58,647 bases of DNA from Candidatus Hydrogenedentota bacterium (GTDB lineage Bacteria > Hydrogenedentota > Hydrogenedentia > Hydrogenedentales > SLHB01), in the NCBI GenBank assembly GCA_029974275.1, contig JARKSN010000189.1:1-58647 (forward strand). The letters are read 5' to 3'. Positions 36,592 through 45,350 of this stretch are shown here, in pieces. Below the pieces are notes generated by a model that did not search any database, was not told the origin of the DNA, and was given only the letters and a program-made list of their open reading frames with translations. The stretch's first letter is position 1, and each line of letters begins with the position of its first letter. The position numbers were made by a program, and so were the translations under genes.

Positions 36592-39330
36592 ATGCTGGGT
36601 TGGAACAAGGACAAAGAGAGTCGCGGCGATCAGAAGCCGGCAAAGCCAGCTTCCTCCCCTCCTGTTGCCGACGTTCGAGCCGTTTCCGCTCCGTCCGCTC
36701 CTTCCCGCCCGACAGAGGCGGCGCCCCTTCCGAATTCCGCAAAGGTCCGGCATCCCGCAAGCCGTTTGGGCGAGATACTGCTGGAAGAGGGGGTCATCAC
36801 CCAGAAACAGCTGACCGATGCCCTTGCCAAGCAGGAAAAGGACAAAGGTTTTTTGGGGCAGGCTTTGGTGGAGTTGGGCATCATCAACCAGCAGACGTTG
36901 GTTTCGTTTTTGGTGAAACAGTGCCGGATTCCTCACATTTGTTTGTTGGATTACGGCTTCAACAATGATCTGATCTCCCTGGTTCCCCGGGAGTTGTGCC
37001 TGAAGTACAAACTCATCCCCATCGATAAGTTGGGCAAAATACTGACAGTGGCGATGGTCGATCCGCTCGATCTGGAGGCCTTGTCGCAGGTGCGGGCGGT
37101 TTGTCCCGAATTGCGGATCAAGCCGATATTGTGCAATTGGGACCATTTCGAGCAGGTTGCGCGCCGGTATTTGATCGATGAACAGGCGAAGCTGGAGGAG
37201 CTGAGCGCCAAGAGTTTTGGGCTGAGCGAACGGCCCCAGGCGAAGAGCGGTTCCGAAAAATCGGCGCCGGCGGCGTTGACGCCGGGCGCTTCGAACGCGT
37301 TGGATGAGGCTGTGATGGCGATTGTGGCCGAGGCGGGCAAGGCGGATACGGCGCGCGTCGTGTCCGATCCGCCCGCAACGTTGTCTGCATCCGCTTCGGG
37401 GAGCGCGTCGCGTTCCGCTGCGCCGGCGTCGGGCGTCAGCCTGGAACAGATCGCCGTGGCGACGCGCGAGGGACTGAACGAAACCTTGCAACAAGCCCTT
37501 CTGCCCTTGGTGGAACAGGTTCGCGCATCCCAGGGGATAGAACCCGGCGTTCTGTCGGCCATGGCCGATCAGATTGGGCATGGGTTGCGCGAGAGCCTGC
37601 GCGATGCCGTGCGGGAGTCTGTGTCAGCGATGATCGAGGCGACATCGCGCAGCGGGCCGTCCCCGGAAATGACGCCGGAAATGTTGGCCGTCACCATCCA
37701 CAACAGCGTGGGCGGGGCCATGCAGGAGGCGATTTCTCAGTTGATCCAGGCCGCGTCGCTCGGCAACGAGCGGTCGGCCTTCGATCCCGAAACCGTTTCG
37801 GATCTGATCCGCGCAAGCGTCTCCAACGGAATGCGCGACAGTATGGAACGGTTGGCGGGAGCCGTCGAAAAATATGCGGAAGCCGCCACGGCAACGGCCA
37901 AGGCCGCGCCCGACATGGATTCGCTGGCCGCGCTGATCCAGACGAGCGTGAGCGGGGCCATGCAGGAAACGGTTGCGCTGCTTGTCCAGACCATGGGCAA
38001 GCAGCCTGGGGGACAGGTCCCGGCTCTTGCTCCGGAGGCGGTGGCGGACCTTGTGCGTCAGAGCATTGCCGGAAGCATGCAGGAGGCGATGGGGCGTCTG
38101 ACGGGAGTGGTCGAGCAGTATGTGGAGGCGGCTGGGGAATCGCGGAAATCTGCGGCGCCCGAGGCGCTTGCCGAGGCCGTGCATGACAGCATACGCGTGG
38201 CGATGGGGGAAGTGATCGCCCAATTGGCGGCGCAAAGCGGCGAGGGAAGCCGCGATCGCATCGTCGAGGATATTCACCGTTTGCTGGCGACGCAGGCGGC
38301 CGAATCCTCGAAGGTGACGGAGGTGGCCCAACGCACGCTGGAGATGGTTCAGGAAGCCATCGACACCGCCAAAGCGTCTCGCGCGGCGACGGAAATGGCC
38401 ACGGAATCCGCGCGGCAGCGGTTCCAGCAGCTTGCCGAAAACGAGTTGCCGAGCAGCGTGGCTCCGTTTCCGTTGGCGGACGCCCGCAAACTCCCGGAAG
38501 AGGGCGCGGCGGCCGTGCCGCTGGATATGGCCGAGGCCATCGACGGCCCCACGGAGAGAAGCCGGCGAGACGAGCGCATCCGTGCGGCTTTGGAGCACGA
38601 TCTCCCCGCGCCGGGATTTTCGTTTGCGGATTTCGTGCCCGGCAAGGCGAATCAATTTGTGTACGGGGTTTGCCGCGGGGTGTCGATCCGGCCTGGGCGG
38701 GAGTTCAATCCGCTGTTTTTGCATGGCGACACCGGGTTGGGCAAGACCCATTTGCTTCACGCGATTGCCGCGCAGATCCAGGAACGCGATCGCGACGCCC
38801 GGATAACGTATTTCTCGGCAAGCCGTTTTGCGCGCCGGGTCGAGCGGGCGGCGGCCGATGGGACGCTTGACGAACTTCGACACCGTCTGTGTATGACGGA
38901 TTTGCTGATGGTCGACGATCTTCAATTCCTGGAAGGCCGTCCCGAGGCCCAAGAGGAATTTTTTCACGTGTTCAACGCGTTGGTCTGCGAGGACCGTCAA
39001 GTCATTGCCGCGGGCTATGGCCCGCCCGATCGGCTCCCGCAGCTTCCCGCGTGGCTGACGTCGCGGTTGGCGGGCGGAGTTGTGGCGGGGATTGAGCCGC
39101 CGGAGTGGGAAGCCCGGATGATCATCCTGGGTCAGACGGCCGGCGCCTGCCAAACGGCGGTTTCGCATGATGTTCTGGAGCTTGTCGCCCGGCGGGCTCC
39201 CAACGACGTGCGCAGGATGATTGGATCGTTGCGGAAAGTGATCGCTTTCGCTAAGCTGGTCAATCAGGAGATTACGCCGGACCTGGCGGGCGAGGTCTTG
39301 CGGCGACTGGGCATCGAGGAGGCGGCCTAG
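36592..39330 (+). CDS. Fusion of MshEN/GSPII-N domain, helical repeats and DnaA-like AAA+ domain (no domain IV)
   Basis: N-terminal RLGEILLEEGVITQKQLTDALAKQ and LTVAMVDPLD. C-terminal FADFVPGKAN..NPLFLHGDTGLGKTHLLHAI..LLMVDDLQFL..QEEFFHVFNAL..SRLAGG..PP..DVRRMIGSL, then stop. Confidence 0.88.
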   Translation: MLGWNKDKESRGDQKPAKPASSPPVADVRAVSAPSAPSRPTEAAPLPNSAKVRHPASRLGEILLEEGVITQKQLTDALAKQEKDKGFLGQALVELGIINQQTLVSFLVKQCRIPHICLLDYGFNNDLISLVPRELCLKYKLIPIDKLGKILTVAMVDPLDLEALSQVRAVCPELRIKPILCNWDHFEQVARRYLIDEQAKLEELSAKSFGLSERPQAKSGSEKSAPAALTPGASNALDEAVMAIVAEAGKADTARVVSDPPATLSASASGSASRSAAPASGVSLEQIAVATREGLNETLQQALLPLVEQVRASQGIEPGVLSAMADQIGHGLRESLRDAVRESVSAMIEATSRSGPSPEMTPEMLAVTIHNSVGGAMQEAISQLIQAASLGNERSAFDPETVSDLIRASVSNGMRDSMERLAGAVEKYAEAATATAKAAPDMDSLAALIQTSVSGAMQETVALLVQTMGKQPGGQVPALAPEAVADLVRQSIAGSMQEAMGRLTGVVEQYVEAAGESRKSAAPEALAEAVHDSIRVAMGEVIAQLAAQSGEGSRDRIVEDIHRLLATQAAESSKVTEVAQRTLEMVQEAIDTAKASRAATEMATESARQRFQQLAENELPSSVAPFPLADARKLPEEGAAAVPLDMAEAIDGPTERSRRDERIRAALEHDLPAPGFSFADFVPGKANQFVYGVCRGVSIRPGREFNPLFLHGDTGLGKTHLLHAIAAQIQERDRDARITYFSASRFARRVERAAADGTLDELRHRLCMTDLLMVDDLQFLEGRPEAQEEFFHVFNALVCEDRQVIAAGYGPPDRLPQLPAWLTSRLAGGVVAGIEPPEWEARMIILGQTAGACQTAVSHDVLELVARRAPNDVRRMIGSLRKVIAFAKLVNQEITPDLAGEVLRRLGIEEAA

Positions 39331-39377
39331 GGGACAAGCGGGTTCCGCGGGCGGAAGGCCTCTGCGAGCCGAAAACG

Positions 39378-41123
39378 ATGACGAAGGAGAATGCCGTGCC
39401 CCCAAAAACTGGTAAACGCCGTTTGGGTGAAGTGCTCTTGGAGCAGGGATTGGTGAGCGTCACGCAACTCGAGGAGAGCATCGCCCTGCATCGTTCGACG
39501 GGGCAGAGCTTGGCGCATATCCTTGTCGAGAAACAATACGTCAGCGAAGAAGACCTCGTCGTGACGTTCAGCGAGCAGCTCGGCATTCCGCATATCCGCT
39601 TGTCGAATTACAACATCTCGAAGGATGTGATCAAGGAAGTGCCCGAATCGCTGGCGCGGCAGCATTTGATTCTGCCGGTGTCGATGACGGGCGACGTGCT
39701 GACCTTGGCGATGGCCGACCCGCTCAACATCATGGCCCTCGACGATCTGCGCATGCTGACCAGTTACGATATCGAGACGGTGGTGGCGGCGGAGTCCGAG
39801 TTGATGGAAGCCATCGACCGCAATTACGGCGGCAAACAGAGCGCGGAATTGTATGCGTCGCTGGTGGGGGATCAGGGGCAGAAGGCGGACAACCTCGAGA
39901 TTGTCGAGGGACAGGAAGATATTGGCGACATCTCGGCGATGCAGGCCGAGGCCCAGGACGCGCCGGTGGTCCGCCTGGTCAATCTCATTCTGATGAACGC
40001 GCTCGAATCGCGGGCAAGCGACATCCACATCGAGCCGTATGAGAAAATCCTGCGCGTCCGATACCGCATCGACGGCGTGCTCGAAGAAACCAAGAATCCG
40101 CCCAAAAGCGTGCAATCGGCCTTGGTCTCGCGCCTCAAGATCATGAGTTCGCTCGACATTGCCGAACATCGCCTGCCGCAGGACGGGCGCTTCCGCATTC
40201 GCTTCAAGGGGCGCGAAATCGATTTCCGCATCTCGTTCTTGCCGTGTTATTACGGCGAAAAAGTCGTGATGCGCATCCTCGACAAGGGCAGCCTCACGCT
40301 CGATCTCGACAAGCTGGGCTTCGAGGAACAGCCCATGCAGGCCTTTCAGGACGCGTTGAAACTGCCGTTTGGCATGATCTTGTTGACGGGGCCCACGGGA
40401 AGCGGCAAGACGACGACCCTGTACAGCGCGCTGCATAAGCTCAACACGCCCAAGCACAACATCATCACCGTGGAGGACCCGGTCGAATACGAGCTGTTCG
40501 GCGTCAACCAGGTGCAAACCCAGGCGCAAATCGGCCTCACGTTCGCCGCAGGCCTTCGCAGCATTCTGCGACAGGACCCCGACATTGTCATGGTCGGCGA
40601 AATTCGCGACGAAGAAACCGCCGATATCGCGGTCAAGGCGGCGTTGACGGGACACCTCGTGTTGAGCACGCTCCACACGAACGACGCCGCCAGCGTGTTC
40701 ACTCGTTTGACGGACATGGGGCTTGAGCCGTTCCTGGTCCAGTCGTCGGTGGCGTTGGCCGCCGCGCAGCGCTTGATGCGCCGCGTATGTCCCGACTGCA
40801 AGGAAAACATCCGCGTGCCCGAATCCGTTCTGGAGCGCATTCAATACGTGCACGATCCCAAAAATCCGCCGCCCTCCTTCGTGCGGGGCCGCGGCTGCGG
40901 CAAGTGCAAGGACACCGGATACCGGGGGCGGTTGGCGGTCATCGAAGCGATGCCGAACTACCCTGAATTGGAAGAGTTGATCATGGGGCGGGCTCCGTCG
41001 ACGCAGATCAAAAAAGCGGCCATGCAATGCGGCATGCGCACCCTGCGCCAGAACGCGTTGGCCAAAGCCGCCCAAGGGATGACCACCATCGAGGAAGTGC
41101 TTCGCGTAACGGCCACGGACTGA
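39378..41123 (+). CDS. pilB: Type IV pilus assembly ATPase with MshEN N-terminus
   Basis: RLGEVLLEQG, ASDIHIEP, LDIAEHRLPQDGR, GPTGSGKTTTLY, LRQDPD, TGHLVLSTLHTN, CPDC..CGKC. Confidence 0.93.
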   Translation: MTKENAVPPKTGKRRLGEVLLEQGLVSVTQLEESIALHRSTGQSLAHILVEKQYVSEEDLVVTFSEQLGIPHIRLSNYNISKDVIKEVPESLARQHLILPVSMTGDVLTLAMADPLNIMALDDLRMLTSYDIETVVAAESELMEAIDRNYGGKQSAELYASLVGDQGQKADNLEIVEGQEDIGDISAMQAEAQDAPVVRLVNLILMNALESRASDIHIEPYEKILRVRYRIDGVLEETKNPPKSVQSALVSRLKIMSSLDIAEHRLPQDGRFRIRFKGREIDFRISFLPCYYGEKVVMRILDKGSLTLDLDKLGFEEQPMQAFQDALKLPFGMILLTGPTGSGKTTTLYSALHKLNTPKHNIITVEDPVEYELFGVNQVQTQAQIGLTFAAGLRSILRQDPDIVMVGEIRDEETADIAVKAALTGHLVLSTLHTNDAASVFTRLTDMGLEPFLVQSSVALAAAQRLMRRVCPDCKENIRVPESVLERIQYVHDPKNPPPSFVRGRGCGKCKDTGYRGRLAVIEAMPNYPELEELIMGRAPSTQIKKAAMQCGMRTLRQNALAKAAQGMTTIEEVLRVTATD

Positions 41124-41168
41124 TCCGGCGAACGGGGCGCGAGCCATCACGGCATCAAGAGGGCAGGC

Positions 41169-42257
41169 ATGAGCAGCGGCGCGGAAATCAAGATCAGCAT
41201 CAAAGAACTTCTGACCAAAATGATCGAACTCGGGGCCAGCGATCTTCACCTGGTGGTGGGCGCGCCGCCTGTTCTGCGCATCCACGGGGGGCTGGAGTAT
41301 CTGGAGGGATATCCGTCGCTCAAGCCGGACATGTCGCAAGAACTCATTTACAGCGTGATGAGCGACGAGCAGATCGCCGTGTTCGAAAGCGAGCGCGAAT
41401 GCGATCTTTCGTTTGGGGTGGACGGGTTGAGCCGGTTCCGCCTGAACGTGTACCGGGATCGGGGGTCGGTCGCGGCGGCGTTTCGCGCGATTCCCTTCGA
41501 CATCCGATCGTTCGATGAGCTAGGGCTTCCGCGCGTCGTGGCGGATTTCGCCTATCGCCCGTTGGGGCTGGTGCTGGTGTGCGGCCCGACGGGCAGCGGC
41601 AAGTCGACCACGCTCGCCGCCATCATCGATCGCATCAACCGCGAGCGAAACGTTCATATCATCACCATCGAGGATCCGATCGAGTACCTGCACCGCCATC
41701 AGCGGTCCATCATCAACCAACGCGAGATCAACGCGGACACCAACTCTTTTTCCGCCGCGCTCAAGCATGTGCTGCGTCAGGACCCCGATGTGATTCTGAT
41801 CGGCGAAATGCGCGATCCCGAGACCATCGCCGCCGCGTTGACCGTTGCCGAGACCGGCCATTTGGCCTTTGCCACGTTGCATACCAACGACGCGTTGCAG
41901 ACCATCAACCGCATCGTGGACGTCTTTCCGCCAAGTCAGCAAGCGCAGATCCGCACGCAGCTCTCGTTCGTTCTGGAGGGAGTCGTCGTGCAGCAGCTCG
42001 TCCCTCGTCCCGACAACATGGGGCGCGTGGTGGCGCTTGAAGTCATGCTGCCCAACACGGCTATTCGCTCGCTCATTCGCGACGAAAAGCTCCAGCAAAT
42101 TCCTTCGATGATCGAGATCGGGGCCGGCGAAGGCATGATGACCATGAACCAATCGCTTCACCGGCTCGTGCGCCGCAACATCATCACCACGACCGAGGCG
42201 TTCAAGCACACCAGCGATCCCGACGGGCTGCGCCGCCTCATGGAAAAGAGCTCGTGA
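41169..42257 (+). CDS. pilT: Type IV pilus retraction ATPase
   Basis: ASDLHL, RFRLNVY, GPTGSGKSTTLAA, TIEDPIEY, AAETGHL-like AETGHL, AIRSLIRD (AIRNLIRE motif). Confidence 0.95.
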   Translation: MSSGAEIKISIKELLTKMIELGASDLHLVVGAPPVLRIHGGLEYLEGYPSLKPDMSQELIYSVMSDEQIAVFESERECDLSFGVDGLSRFRLNVYRDRGSVAAAFRAIPFDIRSFDELGLPRVVADFAYRPLGLVLVCGPTGSGKSTTLAAIIDRINRERNVHIITIEDPIEYLHRHQRSIINQREINADTNSFSAALKHVLRQDPDVILIGEMRDPETIAAALTVAETGHLAFATLHTNDALQTINRIVDVFPPSQQAQIRTQLSFVLEGVVVQQLVPRPDNMGRVVALEVMLPNTAIRSLIRDEKLQQIPSMIEIGAGEGMMTMNQSLHRLVRRNIITTTEAFKHTSDPDGLRRLMEKSS

Positions 42258-43855
42258 TTCCTCTCGGCGCGCAACGCGCCGGATTCCACGGCGAAGGCGC
42301 CTCCCGTTGGCTTTGGATCGTTGGCATCGTCCGCATTTGCATGCTTGCCGTCATCGCCGCCGGAGCCTACCTGGTCGTTCCGCCCGGACAGACGGGAGCG
42401 GGATGGCTGTTGGCCTTTTATGGCTTTGGCATGCTGGCGACGGCGTGGTATCTGTTCATGGCGCGGCGCGGCGACGGCGGCATTCGGGCGCTGACGTGGA
42501 CGCTGGTGCTGGCCGATTTCAGCGTGGTTTCCGCCACGGTGAATTTTAGCGGCGGCCCGGAGAGTTTCTTCGCGTTTTTGTTTGTGGTGGTGATCCTCGA
42601 AGCGGGCCGGTTGCTGGGCGTGCGGGAGGGCTTTGTCGTCGCCACGCTGGCGACCGCCCTGGTCTTCGTCGAATGCGCCTTGACCCCCACGCCTCTGGTA
42701 AGCGTCGCGGGAGCCGCGATGTGGTACAGCTTTCTGGTGCAAGCGTTGGCGTTCTATCTCTCGGCGTTCATCAGCGGCCACTGGAACCAGCAGGTCGACC
42801 GCATGCGCCAGTTTCAGCGCGAGATTCTCGACAACATGAACAACGGCTTTCTCATCACCGGGCCAACGGGCATTGTCACCGCCCAAAACAAGGCCGCCGA
42901 TCGCATCCTCGGCATGGAAACAGGAGCCGCTTTGGGCCGTCCCGTCCAGGACGTGTTGCGGGTCGAGGCGGACGGCGAGTGCCCCATCCTCACCGCGCTG
43001 CGCGCCGAACGCGATTTCACGAGTTATGAATTTCAGGCGATGACGGACGACGGACCCAAATGGATGGGGCTCACCACAAGCCGCATCTACGATTCGGCGC
43101 GCCGATTGACCGGCATCATCGCTTCGTTCAGCGACCTCACCGAAATCGCCCAGATGCGCGACGAACTCAAGCGCCAGGACCGTCTGGCCGTCGTGGGCGA
43201 ACTCGCGGCCGGTCTTGCGCACGAAATCCGAAACCCCGTCGCGGCGATCCGATCATCGGTCGAGGAACTCAACGCCAACATCGACGCTCGGCCATTCGCG
43301 GAAAAGCTCGCCGCCATTGCGTTGCGCGAATCGGATCACCTCAACCGGATCGTGACGGACTTTTTTGATTTCGCCCGAAAGCCAAGCATGCGCCGCGAGG
43401 CCTTCGACGTGCGCGGACTGGCCGAGGAGGTGCGCGACAGCTTGCGCCTCCAACGTCCCGACTGCTCGGATATGGCATGTCAACTGGTCTTGCCGGACTC
43501 TCCCTGCTTTGCCCTGGGCGATCGCTCGCAGATCAAGCAGGTGTTTGTGAACATCGCGAAAAACGCCGTTGAAGCGATGGGCGAAAAGGGCGCGTTGACG
43601 ATCGTGGTGGCGCCTGGCCCGGGATTTGTCGAGACGCGTTTCGACGACGAAGGCCCCGGAATCGATCCCGACAAGGTTGCGCGGATTTTCGAGCCCTTCT
43701 ATACTACCAAGGCGACCGGCACGGGGATGGGGCTGGCCGTCTGCATGCGCATCATCACCGCCCATGACGGCGCCATTCATGTCAGACCGCGCGAAGGACG
43801 CGGCACAAGCATGAGCGTGCGCTTGCCGGCTGCAAGAAAGGACGGGCTGGAATGA
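42254..43855 (+). CDS. pilS: PilS-like membrane sensor histidine kinase
   Basis: About 5-6 TM helices, PAS, LAHEIRNP, N box, DEGPGI, FEPFYTTK, GTGMGL. Lies between pilT and pilR. Confidence 0.8.
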   Translation: MIPLGAQRAGFHGEGASRWLWIVGIVRICMLAVIAAGAYLVVPPGQTGAGWLLAFYGFGMLATAWYLFMARRGDGGIRALTWTLVLADFSVVSATVNFSGGPESFFAFLFVVVILEAGRLLGVREGFVVATLATALVFVECALTPTPLVSVAGAAMWYSFLVQALAFYLSAFISGHWNQQVDRMRQFQREILDNMNNGFLITGPTGIVTAQNKAADRILGMETGAALGRPVQDVLRVEADGECPILTALRAERDFTSYEFQAMTDDGPKWMGLTTSRIYDSARRLTGIIASFSDLTEIAQMRDELKRQDRLAVVGELAAGLAHEIRNPVAAIRSSVEELNANIDARPFAEKLAAIALRESDHLNRIVTDFFDFARKPSMRREAFDVRGLAEEVRDSLRLQRPDCSDMACQLVLPDSPCFALGDRSQIKQVFVNIAKNAVEAMGEKGALTIVVAPGPGFVETRFDDEGPGIDPDKVARIFEPFYTTKATGTGMGLAVCMRIITAHDGAIHVRPREGRGTSMSVRLPAARKDGLE

Positions 43856-45261
43856 CCCTGCGACACCGCGTGCTTGTGGTGGACGACGAAACGAGCATGC
43901 GCGAGCTTCTCGAGATCATCCTCGGTGGCGACGGATACGAGGTGCAAACCCGGCCCGATGTAGACGCCGCGGTGGCGTGCCTCGGGGACCAAAATTTCGA
44001 CGCGGTCCTCACCGATCTGCGCATAGGGCCGGATCGCGACGCCGGCATGCGGCTGCTTTCGTGGTTGAGCGAGCACGCGCCCGATACGCCGGCGATCATG
44101 ATGACCGCGTACGGGTCCGTCGAAACGGCGATCGAGGCGATGAAGCGCGGCGCCTCCGATTATATTATGAAGCCGTTCAAGAACGATGAAGTGCGGCTTG
44201 TCATGCGCCGCGCAATCGAGCAGCGCAATCTCGTTCGCGAAAACGTCGCGTTGAAAAGGGCCCAAGCCGACCGCGGGCGCATCGAAAACATCATTGGGTC
44301 GAGTCCGGCGATCGAGGCCGTGCGCACGATGATCCGGCGCGTCGCCGCGCTGCCCAGCACCGTCGCCATTCACGGAGAAAGCGGCGTTGGCAAGGAACTC
44401 GTCGCGCGCGGCATCCACCAGCTCAGTGATCGCGCCAACAAGCCTTTCGTGGCGATCAATTGCGGCGCTTTCCCCGAGGCCCTGCTCGAAAGCGAACTGG
44501 TCGGCCACAAGCGCGGTTCGTTCACCGGGGCCGTGGAAGACAAGGAAGGATTGTTCGTCGTGGCCAACGGCGGCTCTCTGTTTCTCGACGAAATTGGCGA
44601 GATGCCCTTGTCGCTTCAGGTGAAGCTGCTGCGCGTGCTCGACAACCACGTCGTGATGCCCGTCGGCGGCACGAGCGGCATCCAGGTGAACGTGCGCATC
44701 ATCAGCGCCACCAACCGGGACCTTGAAGAGCGCATCCGGGCGGGGGCGTTTCGCGAGGATCTGTACTACCGTCTCAACGTCATTCCCATCAACGTGCCGC
44801 CGCTTCGCGATCGCGCCGACGACATTCCCATGCTGGCGCGTCACTTCGCGAGCATGCACGCCCAGCGCATGGGACGCCAGAAGATCGTGATCGCGCCGGA
44901 AGCCGAGGCGGCCTTGGCCGCGTTCCATTGGCCCGGCAACGTGCGTGAACTCATGAACGTGCTGGAGCGCGCCGTCGCGCTCTGCGCCCATGATCACATC
45001 GAGATCGCCGATTTGCCCGACCGCGTAACGCAGTTCGTGTCGCCGTCCGGCAAAACCGCCCATGCGCTGCCGCCCGGCGGCCTCGATCTCGAGGCCTTGG
45101 TCGCCGACCTCGAAATGGACCTTATCCAACAGGCTTTGCGCAACGCCCGGCACTCGCAAAAACGCGCCGCCGAGCTTCTCGGCCTCACCCCGCGATCATT
45201 GCGGTACCGTCTTCAAAAATACGGTCTCGATTCCAAATTCCGCATTGACGACAGCGAGTGA
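43852..45261 (+). CDS. pilR: PilR/NtrC-like sigma54-dependent response regulator
   Basis: REC, GESGVGKE, INCGA, GSFTGA, LFLDEIGE, FREDLYYRLNV, WPGNVREL, C-terminal HTH. Confidence 0.85.
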   Translation: MTLRHRVLVVDDETSMRELLEIILGGDGYEVQTRPDVDAAVACLGDQNFDAVLTDLRIGPDRDAGMRLLSWLSEHAPDTPAIMMTAYGSVETAIEAMKRGASDYIMKPFKNDEVRLVMRRAIEQRNLVRENVALKRAQADRGRIENIIGSSPAIEAVRTMIRRVAALPSTVAIHGESGVGKELVARGIHQLSDRANKPFVAINCGAFPEALLESELVGHKRGSFTGAVEDKEGLFVVANGGSLFLDEIGEMPLSLQVKLLRVLDNHVVMPVGGTSGIQVNVRIISATNRDLEERIRAGAFREDLYYRLNVIPINVPPLRDRADDIPMLARHFASMHAQRMGRQKIVIAPEAEAALAAFHWPGNVRELMNVLERAVALCAHDHIEIADLPDRVTQFVSPSGKTAHALPPGGLDLEALVADLEMDLIQQALRNARHSQKRAAELLGLTPRSLRYRLQKYGLDSKFRIDDSE

Positions 45262-45350
45262 CCGCGAAACAGCGCCCGGCCTGGCCGCAATGCAATGAGG
45301 GTCAAGAGGGATCGCCGTTAGTGCGGAATCGTGGCTGACGCGATCCGGCG

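Noticed and set aside
36592..39330. Calling this gene dnaA, with oriC nearby
   Set aside because: No domain I or IV, no dnaN/gyrB context, and only isolated mismatched DnaA-box-like 9-mers upstream.
200..45261. Apparent shift from G/T-rich to more C-rich plus strand as a replication terminus signal
   Set aside because: Impression by eye only, confounded by gene-specific codon usage; it needs a computed skew.
45262..45350. Sigma54 promoter or pilin gene after pilR
   Set aside because: No convincing TGGCAC-N5-TTGC match and no room for a pilin; the next gene is convergent.
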